A stretch of DNA of 64,000 nt from Octopus vulgaris (GCA_951406725.2 OX597835.1:39680001-39744000), one strand, 5' to 3'; counted from the stretch's first letter, positions 14,515-34,035 are shown. Numbers and translations: made by a program. Notes: generated from the letters alone by a model not told the origin.

Positions 14515-14722
14515 AGGTGGCGAGCTGGCAGGATCGTTAGCAACCCTGACAAAATGCTTAGCGGCATTTCGTCCGTCTTACGTTCTGTATTCAAGTTTCA
14601 CCGAGGTCGACTTTGCCTCCATTTTTGGAGGGGTCGATATATGTACCATTTGAAAACTGGGGTGGATGTAATCGACTTAATCCTCCTCCCCCGAAATTGC
14701 TGGCCTTGTGCAAATGATCTGA
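14515..14722 (+). mobile_element. SINE family B, diverged, alternative tail
   Basis: ggtggcgagctggcaggatcgttagc head and gaggtcgactttgcct core. Confidence 0.75.
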
Positions 14723-15819
14723 AATCACTATATCCTGTAGTTATATTCTGTGGTTATACCACGGCGATAATTCTGTAGTGCTAATATCCTGTTGTACTTA
14801 AGCCACGGTTCGCATGTGAGAAAAAAAAATGGCTCCGTAAATATGTTAACGTGTTATGTATTAAAAAGGTGGCGGGGGGAGCTAAAACACATAGCCATTT
14901 CCTTTCACTCGTTTAATTAAGGACCAAACACTTGACATTAAAGGGGAGTCTAATTAATTTTACTGCTTCATCACACATTATCGGCTTCAAATAGCTTTTA
15001 AAATGGTGACCGTACACCACCTCAACTCCATGACTGCCCTTTCTGCTCAGACCAGAGAAATGAAGAAAGAAAGAAATGAAAAAAAGTGCTTTAACATCTG
15101 AATGTACAAACTCTCCCCTTCATTCTCTCTTATACGCTTCTCTCTTGCTCTCTCTCTCTCTCTCTCTCCTACTCGCTCCTTCTCTATCGATCTGATTCCA
15201 TCTCTTTTAATATGCACTTAAATTTTTCCCATACTCTCTCACCCCCTCTCTCTCTCTCTCTCTATCTATCTATCTATTTCTCTCTCTCTCTCTCTTTGTC
15301 TTTCTCTCTCTTTGTCTTTCTCTGTCTGTCTCTCTCTCTCTCTCTCTCTTAAACGCATATAAACACACGCGGCGGAACACTACAAAATGATAGCAAACAA
15401 CTGTTTTCCCTACCAACTTCAGGTCTTTTGTACGCGGCTAACGCATTGTTAATCGGTTCCGTTTTTTTTTTCCTTTTTTCTTTTTTCTTTTCTCTCTCAC
15501 TCTCTCTCTCTCTCTCTCTCTCCTTATCCCCCTCTCTATCGCTCATTCATCTCTCTCTATCGCTCACTACCATATGCTCACAAAAGTACTCTTTCTTTCT
15601 CTCTTTCCCTCTCTCTCGCCCAGCTTCCCTGTAACACGGTCTCTTTTCTTACACACACGCTCTCCTCTCTCACACACTCTCTCTCTCTCTCTCTCCACAC
15701 ATATAAACACACACAAACTTATATAAGTATAAATATATACCCACTCACATATGTATGTACATATATGCATATATATACAAATATATACATATATATATAT
15801 ATACATACATACATACATA

Positions 15820-15854
<35 letters not shown>

Positions 15855-15886
15855 GATATATACATATTATGTATATGTATACATAC

Positions 15887-15923
<37 letters not shown>

Positions 15924-16054
15924 TATAACACACACACACACATACACACACTCACACATGGTGAGTGTACGGAAGCTCCAAGAGCAAAACAAAGATTAAA
16001 AGAACAACAACTACAACAACAACAAAAACACGAACAACGACCTTCAATATACCT

Positions 16055-16126
16055 CAACATGGCCGCCGACTATTTATGACGTAACAAATTTCCTGTACAT
16101 ATCACACGAAAGAATTGACCAATCAG
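16055..16126. promoter_or_regulatory. Candidate promoter-motif cluster (YY1-, CRE-, ETS- and NF-Y-like)
   Basis: caacatggccgcc 16055, tgacgtaa 16077, atttcctgt 16088, gaccaatcag 16117 in unique sequence. Confidence 0.3.
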
Positions 16127-16383
16127 AAGAGATGAATACTTAAGATGTTTATCAATACGGAGATGATCATTATAGAGATCCTTATCACCATCGCTTTCAA
16201 ATACTGTTATCATCATCATCATCATCATCATTAACCGTCTATATTTAGCAAAATCACCACCATCAGCATCATCATTAATATCACCTGCATCTATGAAAGA
16301 TGGCGCGATGATGGGAGTAGGCAATGGAATTGTCGTATTGTCATGAAACGAACAAAAGCTTACCTATTTCATTGATATATAAA

Positions 16384-20270
<3,887 letters not shown>

Positions 20271-21086
20271 TGCTTCTTCATTAAATGCAACGATTTACAC
20301 ACATCATTAACCTTTCCCAAGTTTATGTTTTGATTTCTCAAAATTTTCAACGAACCCAACAAATGGTATATGTACCCAAAGTACCCGGATGAAGTCCTTG
20401 ATAAATAAATGCAATTTTAATTCTCAAACGAACATCCCCTCGCAACCCTTTCTCTTCTCTATCTTTTGCTCCTAATTGCTTTTATTTCTTTTTTTATTCT
20501 TGTCTTTCCATTTATCCACACGTTCATAATTCCAACACACAAATTAGTAAATGCTCGTACTCCACTTCAAAGTCCCAAATCACAGACAACACTCGAGATA
20601 TGCAAAAAAAATAATTAAAAAAGAAGAAAAGGACGAAGAAAATCACAAACCACACCCAAAAACCTACATGAAGAAGAGAACGACACGTCCCACCCTTCAA
20701 ATCCACCCAGCATCTACCCGCCTAAATAACAAAACATAGCGAATACTAAACAACAAACAAATAAATGCGAAAAAAAAAAGTAATAAGAATAACACATAAA
20801 AAAAAAAGAAATCTGCCTTTTGTTTATGTTGTGAAATGAAGTCGTCTGCAAGAACCGAACCTCAACCTCCACCCACTCTCAGCCCCCACCTTTCACCTAT
20901 CCACCCCTCCTCACGTTCCAACAACCTCCACCACGAACTCCCCCACCGCCATCAGACTTCCAACACCTATTTCCCACCACTTACACTTACAGGCCACTTA
21001 ACACATCAAAGGAAATTTTAAACCCCCGAAGTACCACATTTAACGACAAACGTTCTCCTCCGTTCTACAACAACAACAACAACAAC

Positions 21087-21144
<58 letters not shown>

Positions 21145-21334
21145 GTAATGAATGGTTATAATTATAGAGATATATAAAAAAAATTAAAGCATAGCATACC
21201 CTCATATATTTTAAAACTTCACACGTTGCATGTTTAAAACTGGAACCGGGTTGTAGAGTAGGGGGTACTAACGAAAATGTCTCTACGGACCTACACACAC
21301 ATGGTTATTAATAATGATAATAATAAAAATAATA

Positions 21335-22110
21335 ATAATTCTTTCTGCTATAGGCACAAAATTTGGGGCAGGGGGTACCTCAGTACTCGACTGGTACCTA
21401 TTTTATCGACTCCGAAAGAATGAAAGGCAAACCCTAACCCTTGCGGCATTTGGACTCAGAACATAAAAACAGACGAAATACCTATTTCTTTACTACCCAC
21501 AAGGAGCTAAAAACACAGAGAGGACAAACAAGGACAGACAAACGGATTAAGTCGATTATATCGACCCCCGTGCGTAACTGGTACTTATTCAATCGACCCC
21601 GAAAGGATGAAAGGCAAAGTCGACATCGGCGGAATTTGAACTCAGAACGTAACGGCAGACGAAATGCCGCTAAACATTTCGTCCGGCGTGCTAACAGTTC
21701 TGCCAGCTCGCTCCTTTAATAATCCGTTCTACTGGAAGCACAAGGCCCCAAATTTGGAAGAAAGGATTTTAGTCGATTACATCGACCCCTGTGCGTAACT
21801 GGTACTTAATTAATCGACCCCGAAAGGATGAAAAGCAAAGACGACTTCAGAGGAATTTGAACTCAGAACATAGCGACGATTCTGCTCGCTCGCTGCGTCA
21901 ATCGCCGCCTTAATAATAACAATAATAATCCTTTATACTATAGGCACAATGGCCGAAATTACATCGACCCCCAACAGTTCAACTGGTACTTATTTTATCA
22001 CTCCTGAAAGGATGAAAGCCAAAACTGACCCCGGCGGCGTCTCAACTTAGCACGTTAAATCGAAAGAAATGCTACTATGCACTTTTTCCGAAAAGTTTTA
22101 TGTCAGCTCA
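21335..22110 (-). mobile_element. Head-to-tail cluster of four SINE B units, including B1 joined to a headless B2 at 21483/21482
   Basis: Repeated B core and (ATT)n-tailed variants. Confidence 0.85.
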
Positions 22111-22118
22111 CTGCCTCC

Positions 22119-22892
<774 letters not shown>

Positions 22893-23868
22893 GAGAAAAT
22901 AATCAAATGATTTCTAATGTGAGCACATAACCGGTAATTTTCATCGTCCCCATTACATGACTGGTTCTTTATTTTATTGGACCCTGAAACGATGAATGAC
23001 AAAATTGACCTCGGTGGATTTTTTAGCAAACAGAGAGAATAGAGCAATGGATTATGGGTAGGAATAGAAAATGGGATTGTGGGTAGGAGAAAAACATGGA
23101 TGTATGTGTAGGGAGAGAAAAGGAAAAAATGGGCCGAAGACAAGAAGAGGAAATAGGACCAACGGTAGGAAAAAGAAATAGGGGCTTGGGCACGTTCCGA
23201 TGGCCTCTACCCAACTCCCGACGTATAGACTTCTTCTTTATCTACGTATTGGGCTAGCCTCCTTCATCGTCTGGGGGCATCCATACAACAGGCAGGAAGC
23301 TAAGATGGATCACAGAGTAAGAATACAGATTGTTTCGAAGGATAGAAAGAGGACCAGCGTGAAACCCTGGGTAGAAATAGAAAACGGGTACACCAAATGT
23401 GACAAGAGATTATACAGAAAGGATGGATGCGATGAGAAAATGGGTAGAGAGAGAAAATTATGGAATGGTCAGTAAAAATTGAGAATGCATACGGACATAG
23501 ATACAGACAGAAAACGAATGGAATTATGGGAAAGTAGGCAAGATGTAGTGAATAAGGGGTAGAAAGAGGGGCTCATGAGTAAGGCGGTACAAGGTTAAGA
23601 TTGAATCGTAGAAAAAATATATGAAGATTTGGAAAGGAACCAAGACTAGATGAAAACCAGGAACCGTATTATTATTGGTACATGTCGTTTTTAGCAAAAA
23701 GGCGGAGATAAAAGAGAGGTAGAAGGAAACGGAAAGAAGGGAATATATTCTCTAACCAAAACTCACTTCCGACCTCCTAAAATATGGATTAAATGAGAAG
23801 CTAATAATTATTAATATATTAGAAGGTTTAAAAAAATAGAGAATTTTCTCATAAAAATCAACGTAAAC

Positions 23869-24272
23869 GGCAAAGGAGTGGCTGAGTGGCAAGTAGTTTG
23901 CTCAACAACTACAAGGTTCTGGGTTCAGTCCCACTATATAACACCTTGGGCAAGTGTCTTCTACTATTGCCTCGGGCCGACCAAAGCCTTGTGAGTGGAC
24001 TTGGTAGACGGAAACTGAAAGAAGCCTGTTGTATGTATATGTGCGCGTCTGTGTGTATGTGTTTGTGTCTGTGTTTGTCCCCCTCAACATCGCTTGACAA
24101 CCGATGCTGGTGTGTTTACGTCCCCGTAACATTAGCAGTTCGACAAAAGAGACCGATAGTATAAGTATTAGGCTTACAAAGAATAAGTCCTGGGGTCGAT
24201 TTGCTCGACAAAGGGCAGTGCTCCAGCATGGCCACAGTCAAAATGACGGAAACAAGTAAAAGAATAGAACAA
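23869..24272 (+). mobile_element. SINE family A, full length
   Basis: All family A modules present. Confidence 0.88.
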
Positions 24273-24562
24273 TAAAAGAATATACATGTATGTATAATTG
24301 TACATATACATATATATACATGTATATATATATATGTATACATACACATATATATTTATAGATAGAGATATATATTATATATACATTATATATATGTATA
24401 TATGTATGAGTATATATATGTGTGAATATATGTATATATATAAATATTATATATGTGTGTGTGCATGTATGTATATGTATATGTATGTATGTTTCCTGTC
24501 ATTATTTGGTAAGCGGTGTCAGTTTTACAATTTTGTGATTAATAATAACAATGATAATAATG

Positions 24563-24621
<59 letters not shown>

Positions 24622-25312
24622 AATAATGATCCAATAAATTATTAATGTATATGTATGCATGTATATATAAACATACATATACACACATATATGCACGTAT
24701 ATAAACACGTTTTTGTATTATATCATATGTAAGTTTATATATATGCGTATATATATATGAATGTATGTATGGGTGTGTGTGCAGATGTGTGCATGTGTGT
24801 GTGTGTGTGTGTGTGCGTGTATGTGTGTGTGTGTGTAATCGTATATACATCTATGCATGTCCTTCCCCGTTATAAATAAGCGTATATAAAGATGTGAAGA
24901 TAAAAGCGTTGAACATGATGAAATCTTCCGCCATATTTCACTAACCGGTGCACGACAAGTACATTCCCCACCTCAATAAAATACCTGTCACTGTTCGCTG
25001 TCTACTCCATATTTCTTGAGAGGTATTCGCACCGGATTTTCACTCAAGGACCCACCCAGACCATTTGTCCCCCAACCTAAACATGCCAGCCTCAACTGCA
25101 GTTACCATATGTCTTCTAACGGGTGCAATTAAACAGTCTCATCCACCCGCAATAATTATACGTAGTTCCGCTGTACGTTTGCTAGTCGTTGGGTTTAGAT
25201 TGTGTACGTGATGTATGTCTTGTATGTATAATGGTTATACATACACTCACGTATACATGCATTCACTTGTATATACATATACATACATACACACACACAC
25301 ACACATATATAT

Positions 25313-25360
<48 letters not shown>

Positions 25361-25584
25361 GCACTCTCACACACATATGTACATATATCTACATATATTC
25401 ATATTTATACATATGTATATATACTTACATATATATATATATTCTTACATATATATATATTCTTACATATATGTATATATACACACATTCACAGATATAT
25501 ACATACACACACACACATATACAGACACACATATGTACATATATCTACATATATTCATACTTATACATATATGTATATATACTT

Positions 25585-25644
<60 letters not shown>

Positions 25645-26194
25645 TCATATTTATATGCATGTATAATTAAAGCAGGAAGTCTGTATAAATTTAATGAATG
25701 TAGGTTTTTATGGTGATTTGCTTGTGTATGTATGTGCGTGCGTGTGTATGTGCATATGCAAAGTGTGTGTGCGTGGATGAATGTATATTTGTGTATAGGA
25801 AATTATACATATGCCATATGATAAAAGACCTGGTGAATATGTACTTTTTGTTGTTGAGGTTGTAATTCTTCACCTTTCCATCTCTGACCATAGCTACGTT
25901 CACAATATACAGAGCTTTCAACGTATTTTTCGTTTGTTTTGTATCGTTTTGTTTAACTATGGCATTATAGTGTAAGATAAGATAGACTTGGCCGTTTTCT
26001 TTAGCAGAAAAAAATGGCCACGTAGAGATATAGATTCATTCGTAATTTACAATGCTGTTCTAGCTTTCAAGTTGAAGCCATCCTCACTGAATTGGAAGGC
26101 AGGACATATATTATTACCACTTCAGTTTAGCTAGCTTCAAACCTCTAACGAATAGATTACGGGTTCGCTCGCGTGAAGAAGTCCTTCCACAAGG

Positions 26195-26410
26195 TCAGTA
26201 GATCCGCTGCGCTGGACATGCTGCAAAGCTCATGGGCGACAAGTGGACCCGCGCAGTTACCGAATGAAATCTAAGAGACCGAAAAAAAGCTATTTGGAAC
26301 GCTTCCTCGACGATGAGAAGACGGTTTAGTGAAGCAATTCGGGTCAAGATGGAACAGAATAGCACAGCATACTGAAAAGAACTGGAAGCGCATCGTGTCC
26401 AGCGATGTAT
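26195..26410 (+). mobile_element. Decayed RTE-like LINE C-terminal fragment
   Basis: IRCAGHAAKLMGDKWTRAVTE*NLRDRK resembles the WAGH..R..D.RWT..V.EW.PR motif. Confidence 0.6.
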
Positions 26411-26814
26411 AACAGCATATGATGGCCTGGACAATACTACGATACTGCGACATATAAAATAAGAAAATGTCTGACTTTTTAGACTTATTTTCTGCAGCAA
26501 TCGCAACGTTTTCACCGTGCGTTTGTCATTTAAGTAAGGTAGACTTCTTGTCGTCGCTGCTGTTGTTTTTGATGTTGTTTAGCGCCAGATCTTGCCTGAT
26601 CTCACTGATTTATTTTCAAAGTTGTTTAAACTGCGACCATCCCGTTTTTCATTCATATATATATATATGTATGTGTGTGTGTGTGTGTGTGTGATTATTT
26701 ATTTGTATTTTAGGATTATATTGTCTGGGGTTTTTTTGTCTTTATGGCAAAAATTTTTCTTGTCGAGTGACGTCGTAGACGTTCTGTTATTGGCTTGCAT
26801 GAGGTGATGTACAC

Positions 26815-26860
<46 letters not shown>

Positions 26861-27594
26861 CATCGCGATGTTGGTGTATACTATATATATATATATATAT
26901 ATATATATTAGTCAGCCGAAATTGCGAGGATGATCCGGTTCTTGATTGAAGATTAGAGGCTTCGAATGACCCGTCCGCTTTTTTTCTGAATCGTCTATTT
27001 GAATGTTTTACGTTCTTGTCCCATTTTGTATTTTATATATATATTTTTATACATATATATTTTTATATATATATATATATATATCGTTTGACAACTGATG
27101 TTGGTGTGTTTACGTCCCCGCAACCTAGCAGTTCGGCAAAATACACCGACAGAATAAGTACTAGGCTTACAAAGAATAAGTCCTGGGGCCGATTTGTTCG
27201 ACTAAAGTCGGTGCTCCAGCATGGCCGCGGTCAAATGGTTGAAACAAATAAAAGAATAAAAGAACATGTGTGTGTGTCAGACACTCATACACACGCATAA
27301 TCAACGATTAAACATTGCACTAAGTGCCAGCTAAAACCATAATTACCACTACTACTACTACTACTACTATCTTCACCGTCGCCACCGCCGCCATAACTAC
27401 TACTACACTGTTTATTACCGTTGCAGTACACCTACAATATAAATGGCTTCTGTTTCCATATCTAAAATATCAAGATCACGTGACACTGATTCGGCAAATA
27501 ACTGTTTCATCCTAGAGTAAACAATATGACATTTGACCTGTAACCTTTGACATAACACTCATAACTTTACGCTTGTCTGCCATCATATATACTA

Positions 27595-27678
<84 letters not shown>

Positions 27679-27854
27679 AAGAAGAAGAAGAAGAAGAAGA
27701 ATATCAACAATAACAGCAATAATGACCCTTTCTACTGGAGGCACAAGGCCTCAAATTTGTCGGGTGGAGACTAGTGGATTATATTGACCCCAGTGTTTCA
27801 CTGGTACTTAATTTATCGACCCCAAAAGGATGGAAGGCAAAGTCGACCACGGCA

Positions 27855-27914
<60 letters not shown>

Positions 27915-27923
27915 CAATAATGA

Positions 27924-27975
27924 TTTTTTTTATTAACCGCAAGGGTTTACATTAAGGATAGCATTATCAACACAC

Positions 27976-28019
<44 letters not shown>

Positions 28020-29335
28020 CAAGACTAACAAATTTTTTTTAATAGAAATCATAAATGTGTAATCTTCCTTAGGGAGGAGACATTCGAGGGTTGCTCATGG
28101 AATCCCCCCCCCCAATAAAAACCATGGGCACCCTGACTTTTGGGGCCGATGCCTTTTTTTCCTTTTTCTTTTTTCCAACTACGGGTGTATGCTCAGGGCA
28201 GGCCCATTCACTCACACCATTCTCACCACTTTCATCCACCTTTCAGCAAAATGGCTAGAAGACATCACTTCCCTCTCTACCCTTATTGTTCTTTCCAAGT
28301 GAAACTCGAAGAAGTTGATCAAGGATTGGCCAAAGAGAAAAGTGTTTGTCTTCAGCCCCTTTAATCTCGTCCACCATACAACCTTTTTCGTCAGGGTCAC
28401 CAGCCATATAAACACGTTTCCTTCCCGGTTAAAGGAAGGCGGTGTGGCGATCTTCATGATGGATTCAGTTGACAGCCGGATCCGTCCCACACGCGACAGC
28501 AGGTGTTCGATAAAAACCCACAGGCCAGAAATGCCTGGGCACTGGACGAGTACATGCTGGACCGTCCCGTCGTGCTGCGCACATTTCGGACATGCTCGGC
28601 TTGCAGTACAGCCGTGCCTGCAAAGCTCCTAGGTAGCACCACCAGGCCAGAGATTTTTGGAAATTATCCATCGGTCCCCAGCCGAAAGTTCTCCAGAAAA
28701 GAGCGGCTAGTTGATTTTTTTCGACGGCCAAGGTCTCCCCAAGAACGTCGTCGCACTTTTCCTCCTCTAATCTTTTATAAAAGGCTAAATTGTTCCACCT
28801 ATCGCCGTTTCCGATTGGCTGAAGGGTGTGAGCGCTTAAATACATTCCAATTTCCAAATGCACCCTCTTGGTCTGTTTTACATAGAATTGCTGCAGATAG
28901 ACCGCCTGACCATCGGAACGCGTCCTTTCCACAAGAAGCGGAAGAGTATACGCTCCGGCGCAATCAGACGGTGGTCAGGACAAGGCACGATGGTCAAGCG
29001 ATAGCAGATGACGGACGCAATGTACGCGTTAGCCATCTTTGCCCGACTTTTCAGGGATAGCCTTTTTTTCGGCCCATTTCTGGGTGAGAGTAGTCACCTT
29101 TTCATTACCTCGCCCCAGTTTTTGTCCATCTGGATATTCGGACCGAACCAGCTTCGAGCAATTTAACCGATCCGGTCCGTCTGTCCAGCGCTTAACGACG
29201 CAGTTGGACGGCATGGAGTTACCGAGCCACAAGCCAACCGCTTTTTCCTGGTTAATTATCGCTCCTGAAACCACCTCGTGGTCCCTGAGAGCGGTTACCA
29301 CCAGGGCGAAGGATGAGGTGGACAATACTAAGACA
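27924..29335 (-). mobile_element. 5'-truncated, frameshifted Tx1/L1-clade LINE ORF2 + 3' UTR
   Basis: Post-RT motif VSGAIINQEKAVGLWLG; CCHC knuckle CPKCAQHDGTVQHVLVQC (C-X2-C-X8-H-X4-C) at about 28540-28593; 3' end cccttgcggttaataaaaaa. Confidence 0.85.
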
Positions 29336-30484
29336 GACACAAAGTGTTGGACTTTACATTTAATGAAATAAAATAATCAAATGAGTAACAATAAAAAAAC
29401 CTGTAAGTATACAAGGAATACAATGAAAACGAAGGGAAATATACGTAGTATACAAGGGTTAAATTTTTTTTTTAAATAGCGAGTAACAAAAACATAGACA
29501 AGGACCCTATTTTTTTCTTTCTTGTTTAAGTGATGCGTGATGATGGTTGTTGGCTGGGACCCAGAAGAATGAAAGGTTAATTTGATCCCGGCCTGATTCG
29601 AACGCTAATCGCAAAAAAAGAAACTTGCTACCGATTCTCCGTACGTCAGCTCACTGCTCTCATCCTTTTTAATACATACCATTTCAATGATAAGACAGCG
29701 GTCTTTGTGAGAACTGTGGAGGTAATAGAGGTATCCAAGCCCTTTCTGATTTGAAATAGGCATCAGTAGGTTACGAAGGACCATATTGGAGGCATGCCAG
29801 TTGGTAAGGGGCCAAAATCAGATGAAAGAATGTAGGTCTCCAAAATTATATTTTTTATTAAATAAAGCATTAAATCAGTTAAAATACTTTATATTTTAAG
29901 CGAAGGTGTGACTGTGTGGTAAGATATTTGCTCACAGGTTCAGTTCCACTGTGTAGTACCTTGAGCAAGTGTCTTCTACTATAGCCTAGGGATCTACAGA
30001 TGGACAAAAACTGAAATGAGGTAATGAGAAGGTGACTACTCTCACCAAAGCTTTGTGAGGGGATTTGCTAGACGGTAATGTGAAATTGAAATGTTAGCGA
30101 AATAAATGAAGGAGATCGATCCCGGCGATGAGTATTCAATTGAGGACCCAAATGAATTTTAACGCTTGAAAATGAAGACCCCCACCCTTTAAGTACATGT
30201 GATGAAATTCTCAGCTCTACCCAGCAGAACACAACCTGACGAAGCTAGATATTTGTTTTACAAGTAGAAAGGGAAAGGCCGCGTGGGGTGGGAATAGATC
30301 CCTGTTGTGAATGTTTTTTTTAAATCTTTTATACAAGAAGAAAAGCAATACGCATAACCCCAACCCTCTTTCAGAATTTCAGAAACTGGTGGAAGAGAGG
30401 AAACGTGGACCGGTTATTTATAACTGAAGGGGCCTCACTAGAGATACGCAAGATGCACACACACGCACGCACACATGTGCGACT

Positions 30485-30630
30485 TTTTTTTACTTGTTTC
30501 AGTCATTTGATTGCGACCATGCTGGAGCACTGCCTTAAAGGGTTTTAGTCGACTTATTCTATCTGTCCCTTTTGCCGAACCGCTTCGTTATGGGCAAATA
30601 AACACACCAGCATCGATCGTGGAGGAGCGA

Positions 30631-30684
<54 letters not shown>

Positions 30685-30842
30685 GACAGACTTCATTCTT
30701 TTTCCGTCTACCAAATCCACTCACAAGGCTTTCGTCGATCCAAGGCTATAGTAGAAAACACCTGCCCAAGGTGCCACGCAGTGGGACTGAATCCGGAACC
30801 ATGTGGTTGGAAAACAAGCTTCTAACCACACATCCACGCCTG
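30485..30842 (-). mobile_element. SINE family A, diverged
   Basis: Family A head, core and tail. Confidence 0.8.
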
Positions 30843-31249
30843 TAGTTTATTTCCCTCATCTTCCCTTATTTTCGTAAGCTCTAGAATTCACAAAGCGCGG
30901 TTTCCATGCCATATATAAGGGAATGAGATCGGTCTGCTGCAGGGTTCAAAGCCCGTGATTTTGGGGGGAGGAGACTATTCGATTACATCGACCCCTGTAC
31001 TTGGCTGGAACTTTTATTTTATCGACCTCGAAGTTTGCGAGGCAAAGTTGGTCGCGGCAGGATTTGAACACAGTACGTAAAGAGCCGGAAGAAATGCCAC
31101 TAACTACGCACTAACAACTCGTCCAGCTCGCTGCTTTGTATTCAATTTACGAACCCAAAAATGGTTGAAGAAAGCTCAGAGAAGCGGAATGAATATTGCA
31201 TAGAAATGGAATAAATTTCTGAAGATTCTGCCACTTTGCAGTATGTATG

Positions 31250-31328
<79 letters not shown>

Positions 31329-31621
31329 GTATAAAAATACAAACTGCGACAAGAACGCAAAACATTTAGGAGACGATACAAAAAACACGGACGGGACATT
31401 CGAAGCCTTCAATCTTCAGTCAAAAACCGGATCATCATATATGTATCTATCTATATATATATATATATATTTCGTTTTAGGATTTGGCTTCTAAGACTCT
31501 TTATATGAATTCGTGTGTTGAAGCATATTCTGTTGTGTCTGGGGAAAGTCATTTTCTTCTTGTGCCTTATAATTTAACACACTCACCGGTAAAATTTCCA
31601 CTTTTTTCTTATTTTTATTCT

Positions 31622-31660
31622 CCTAAAATTTTCGTTGCGTCTTGCAACCTTTTCAATAAT
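31622..31660 (-). ncRNA. Minimal hammerhead-like motif, U3-A8 core variant, between 48-bp inverted repeats
   Basis: Minus strand AUUA-UUGAAAA-G-GUUGC(AAGAC)GCAAC-GAAA-AUUU-UAGG; IR arms 31525-31572 and 31669-31716. Confidence 0.55.
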
Positions 31661-31710
31661 CTTGACTCTTATAAGGCACAAAAAGAAAATTACTCTCACC
31701 AGACACATCA

Positions 31711-31795
<85 letters not shown>

Positions 31796-31797
31796 TG

Positions 31798-31837
<40 letters not shown>

Positions 31838-32106
31838 TATACGCACCAAAAGGACAGCCTAAATATATAATTATACACACAAATATAATATATCATGTAT
31901 ATAAATATATACTCAAATATGCATGAGGCCTGTATATATAAAGTATTCAAACAAACTTGGCTGCGTGTATATATAAATATACCCATAGCCCGTGTATTTA
32001 TGTATACACACAATACTTGCAGCCTGTGTATATAGAAAATATACACCCAAAGTTACTGTCTGCTCTTATACATACACACCAATGGTTTCTCTCTCTCCCT
32101 CTCTTC

Positions 32107-32240
32107 CTCCGCTCCTTCTATATCTCTCTCTCCCTCCGCTCCTTCTATCTCTCTCTCTCCCTCCGCTCCTTCTATCTCTGTCTCTCTCTCTCTCTCTCCG
32201 CTCCTTCTATCTCTCTCTCTCTCTCTCTCTCTCCGCTCCT

Positions 32241-32272
<32 letters not shown>

Positions 32273-32308
32273 CGCTCCTTCTATCTCTCTCTCTCTCTCT
32301 CTCTCTCA
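32107..32308. repeat. Minisatellite ctccgctccttctat(ct)n x6
   Basis: Constant 15-mer separated by CT tracts of variable length. Confidence 0.9.
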
Positions 32309-32959
32309 GATTCACACACATACGCTCCATCATTACCCCCCGCTCACCATCGCACTACCACCCCTCGCTCCATATATGTTGTCTCTCGGTATTTACGTTT
32401 CGCTCCCACTGACTCCCCTATATTAACAATATCCTTCCCTCCCCGCCCCACCTTCAGAACCATCCGACTCAATCCCTCCCATTTTCTATTGTTGCACCAC
32501 AATCCTTTCACCTCATACCCATACCCCCCTGACCCTACGACGCTAATTTATCTGCCGAACAATAAGTTTAAACCACTTCACATTCTTCTTCCGATAATCA
32601 ACCCTGCTCTTCCCTTATTCCCCCACACACATACAGATAGATAGATACATACATACATCAATACGTATACACACTTACACGTATATATATATATGTGCGC
32701 GCGCGTATGTGTGAGTGTGTGTGTGTGTGTGTGTCTGTGTGTAATACAATATACCATTTCCCTAGTAATTCCAATGGTATTCTAATTGAAATGTTTACCG
32801 TATGTATGTATGTATGTATGTATGTATGTGTGTGTGTATGTATGTATGTATGTATGTTTGTGTGTGTGTATGTATGTATGTATGTATGTTTGTGTGTGTG
32901 TATGTATGTATGTATGTATGTGTGTATATATGTACATATTTTTGTATCCAAGTATGTGT

Positions 32960-33935
32960 GTCCACGTCCCTGTAACTTAGTGGTTCGGCCAAAAATACCG
33001 ATAAATTAAGTACTAGGCTAACAAAGAATAAGTACTGGGGTCGATTTGTTCGACTAAATGCAGTGCTCCAGTATGGCCGCAGTCATTTGACTGAAACAAA
33101 TAAATAGAAAAACATAAAGAAAAAGCACTAACGGAGTTCCACATGTGGCAGGAGTGGCTGTGTAGTTAAGACGCTTGCTTCCCAACCACATGGTTCCGGG
33201 TTCGGTCCCACCGCGTGATATCTAGAGCAAGTGTCTTCTACTGTTCCCCCGTGTCGACCAGTCTTGTGAGCGGGTTTGGTAGACGGAAACTGAAAGAAGC
33301 CTATCGTATATGTCTTTGTACCTGTGTTTGTTCCTCGCACCGCCACACTTGATGGCCGGTACTGATGTGTTTACGTCCCCGTAACTAAGAGGTATGGCAA
33401 GAGGGGCCGGATAGAATGAGTGCCGAACTATTTTTAAAATCTACTGGGGTCGATCGATACATTCGACTAAAAATTGGTGGCGCTCCAACATGGCTGCAGA
33501 TTGAACGGAGTAAAACATATATGTAATCAGGCAAAGGAGTGGCTAAGTGGCAAGTAGTTTGCTTAACAACTACAAGGTTCTGGGTTCAGTCCCACTGCGT
33601 GGCACCTTGGGCAAGTGTCTTCTACTATAGCCTCGGGCCGACCAAAGCCTTGTGAGTGGATTTGGTAGACGGAAACTGAAAGAAGCCCGTCGTATATATG
33701 TATATACATATATATATATATGCGTGTGTGTGTTTGTGTGTCTGTGTTTGTCCCCTTAGCATTGCTTGACAACCGATGCTGGTGTGTTTATGTCCCCGTT
33801 ACTTAGCGGTTCGGCAAAAAAGACCGATAGAATAAGTACTGGGCTTACAAAGAATAAGTCCCGGGGGTCGAGTTGCTCGATTAAAGGCGGTGCTCCAGCT
33901 TGGCCGCAGTCAAATGACTGAAACAAGTAAAAGAG
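32960..33935 (+). mobile_element. Three tandem SINE family A copies (partial, diverged, and full-length 33529-33935)
   Basis: Family A modules repeated. Confidence 0.85.
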
Positions 33936-33968
33936 TATATGTGTGGGCATGTGCGTGTGTGTGTGTGT

Positions 33969-34035
<67 letters not shown>

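Noticed and set aside
28503-29060. 185-aa plus-strand ORF
   Set aside because: Antisense to the Tx1-like ORF2, whose motifs are on the minus strand.
31395-31430. Hammerhead in the 26905/31330 family (ctgaagattgaaggcttcgaatgtc)
   Set aside because: GAAU instead of GAAA and a 1-nt stem II loop; cannot be folded convincingly.
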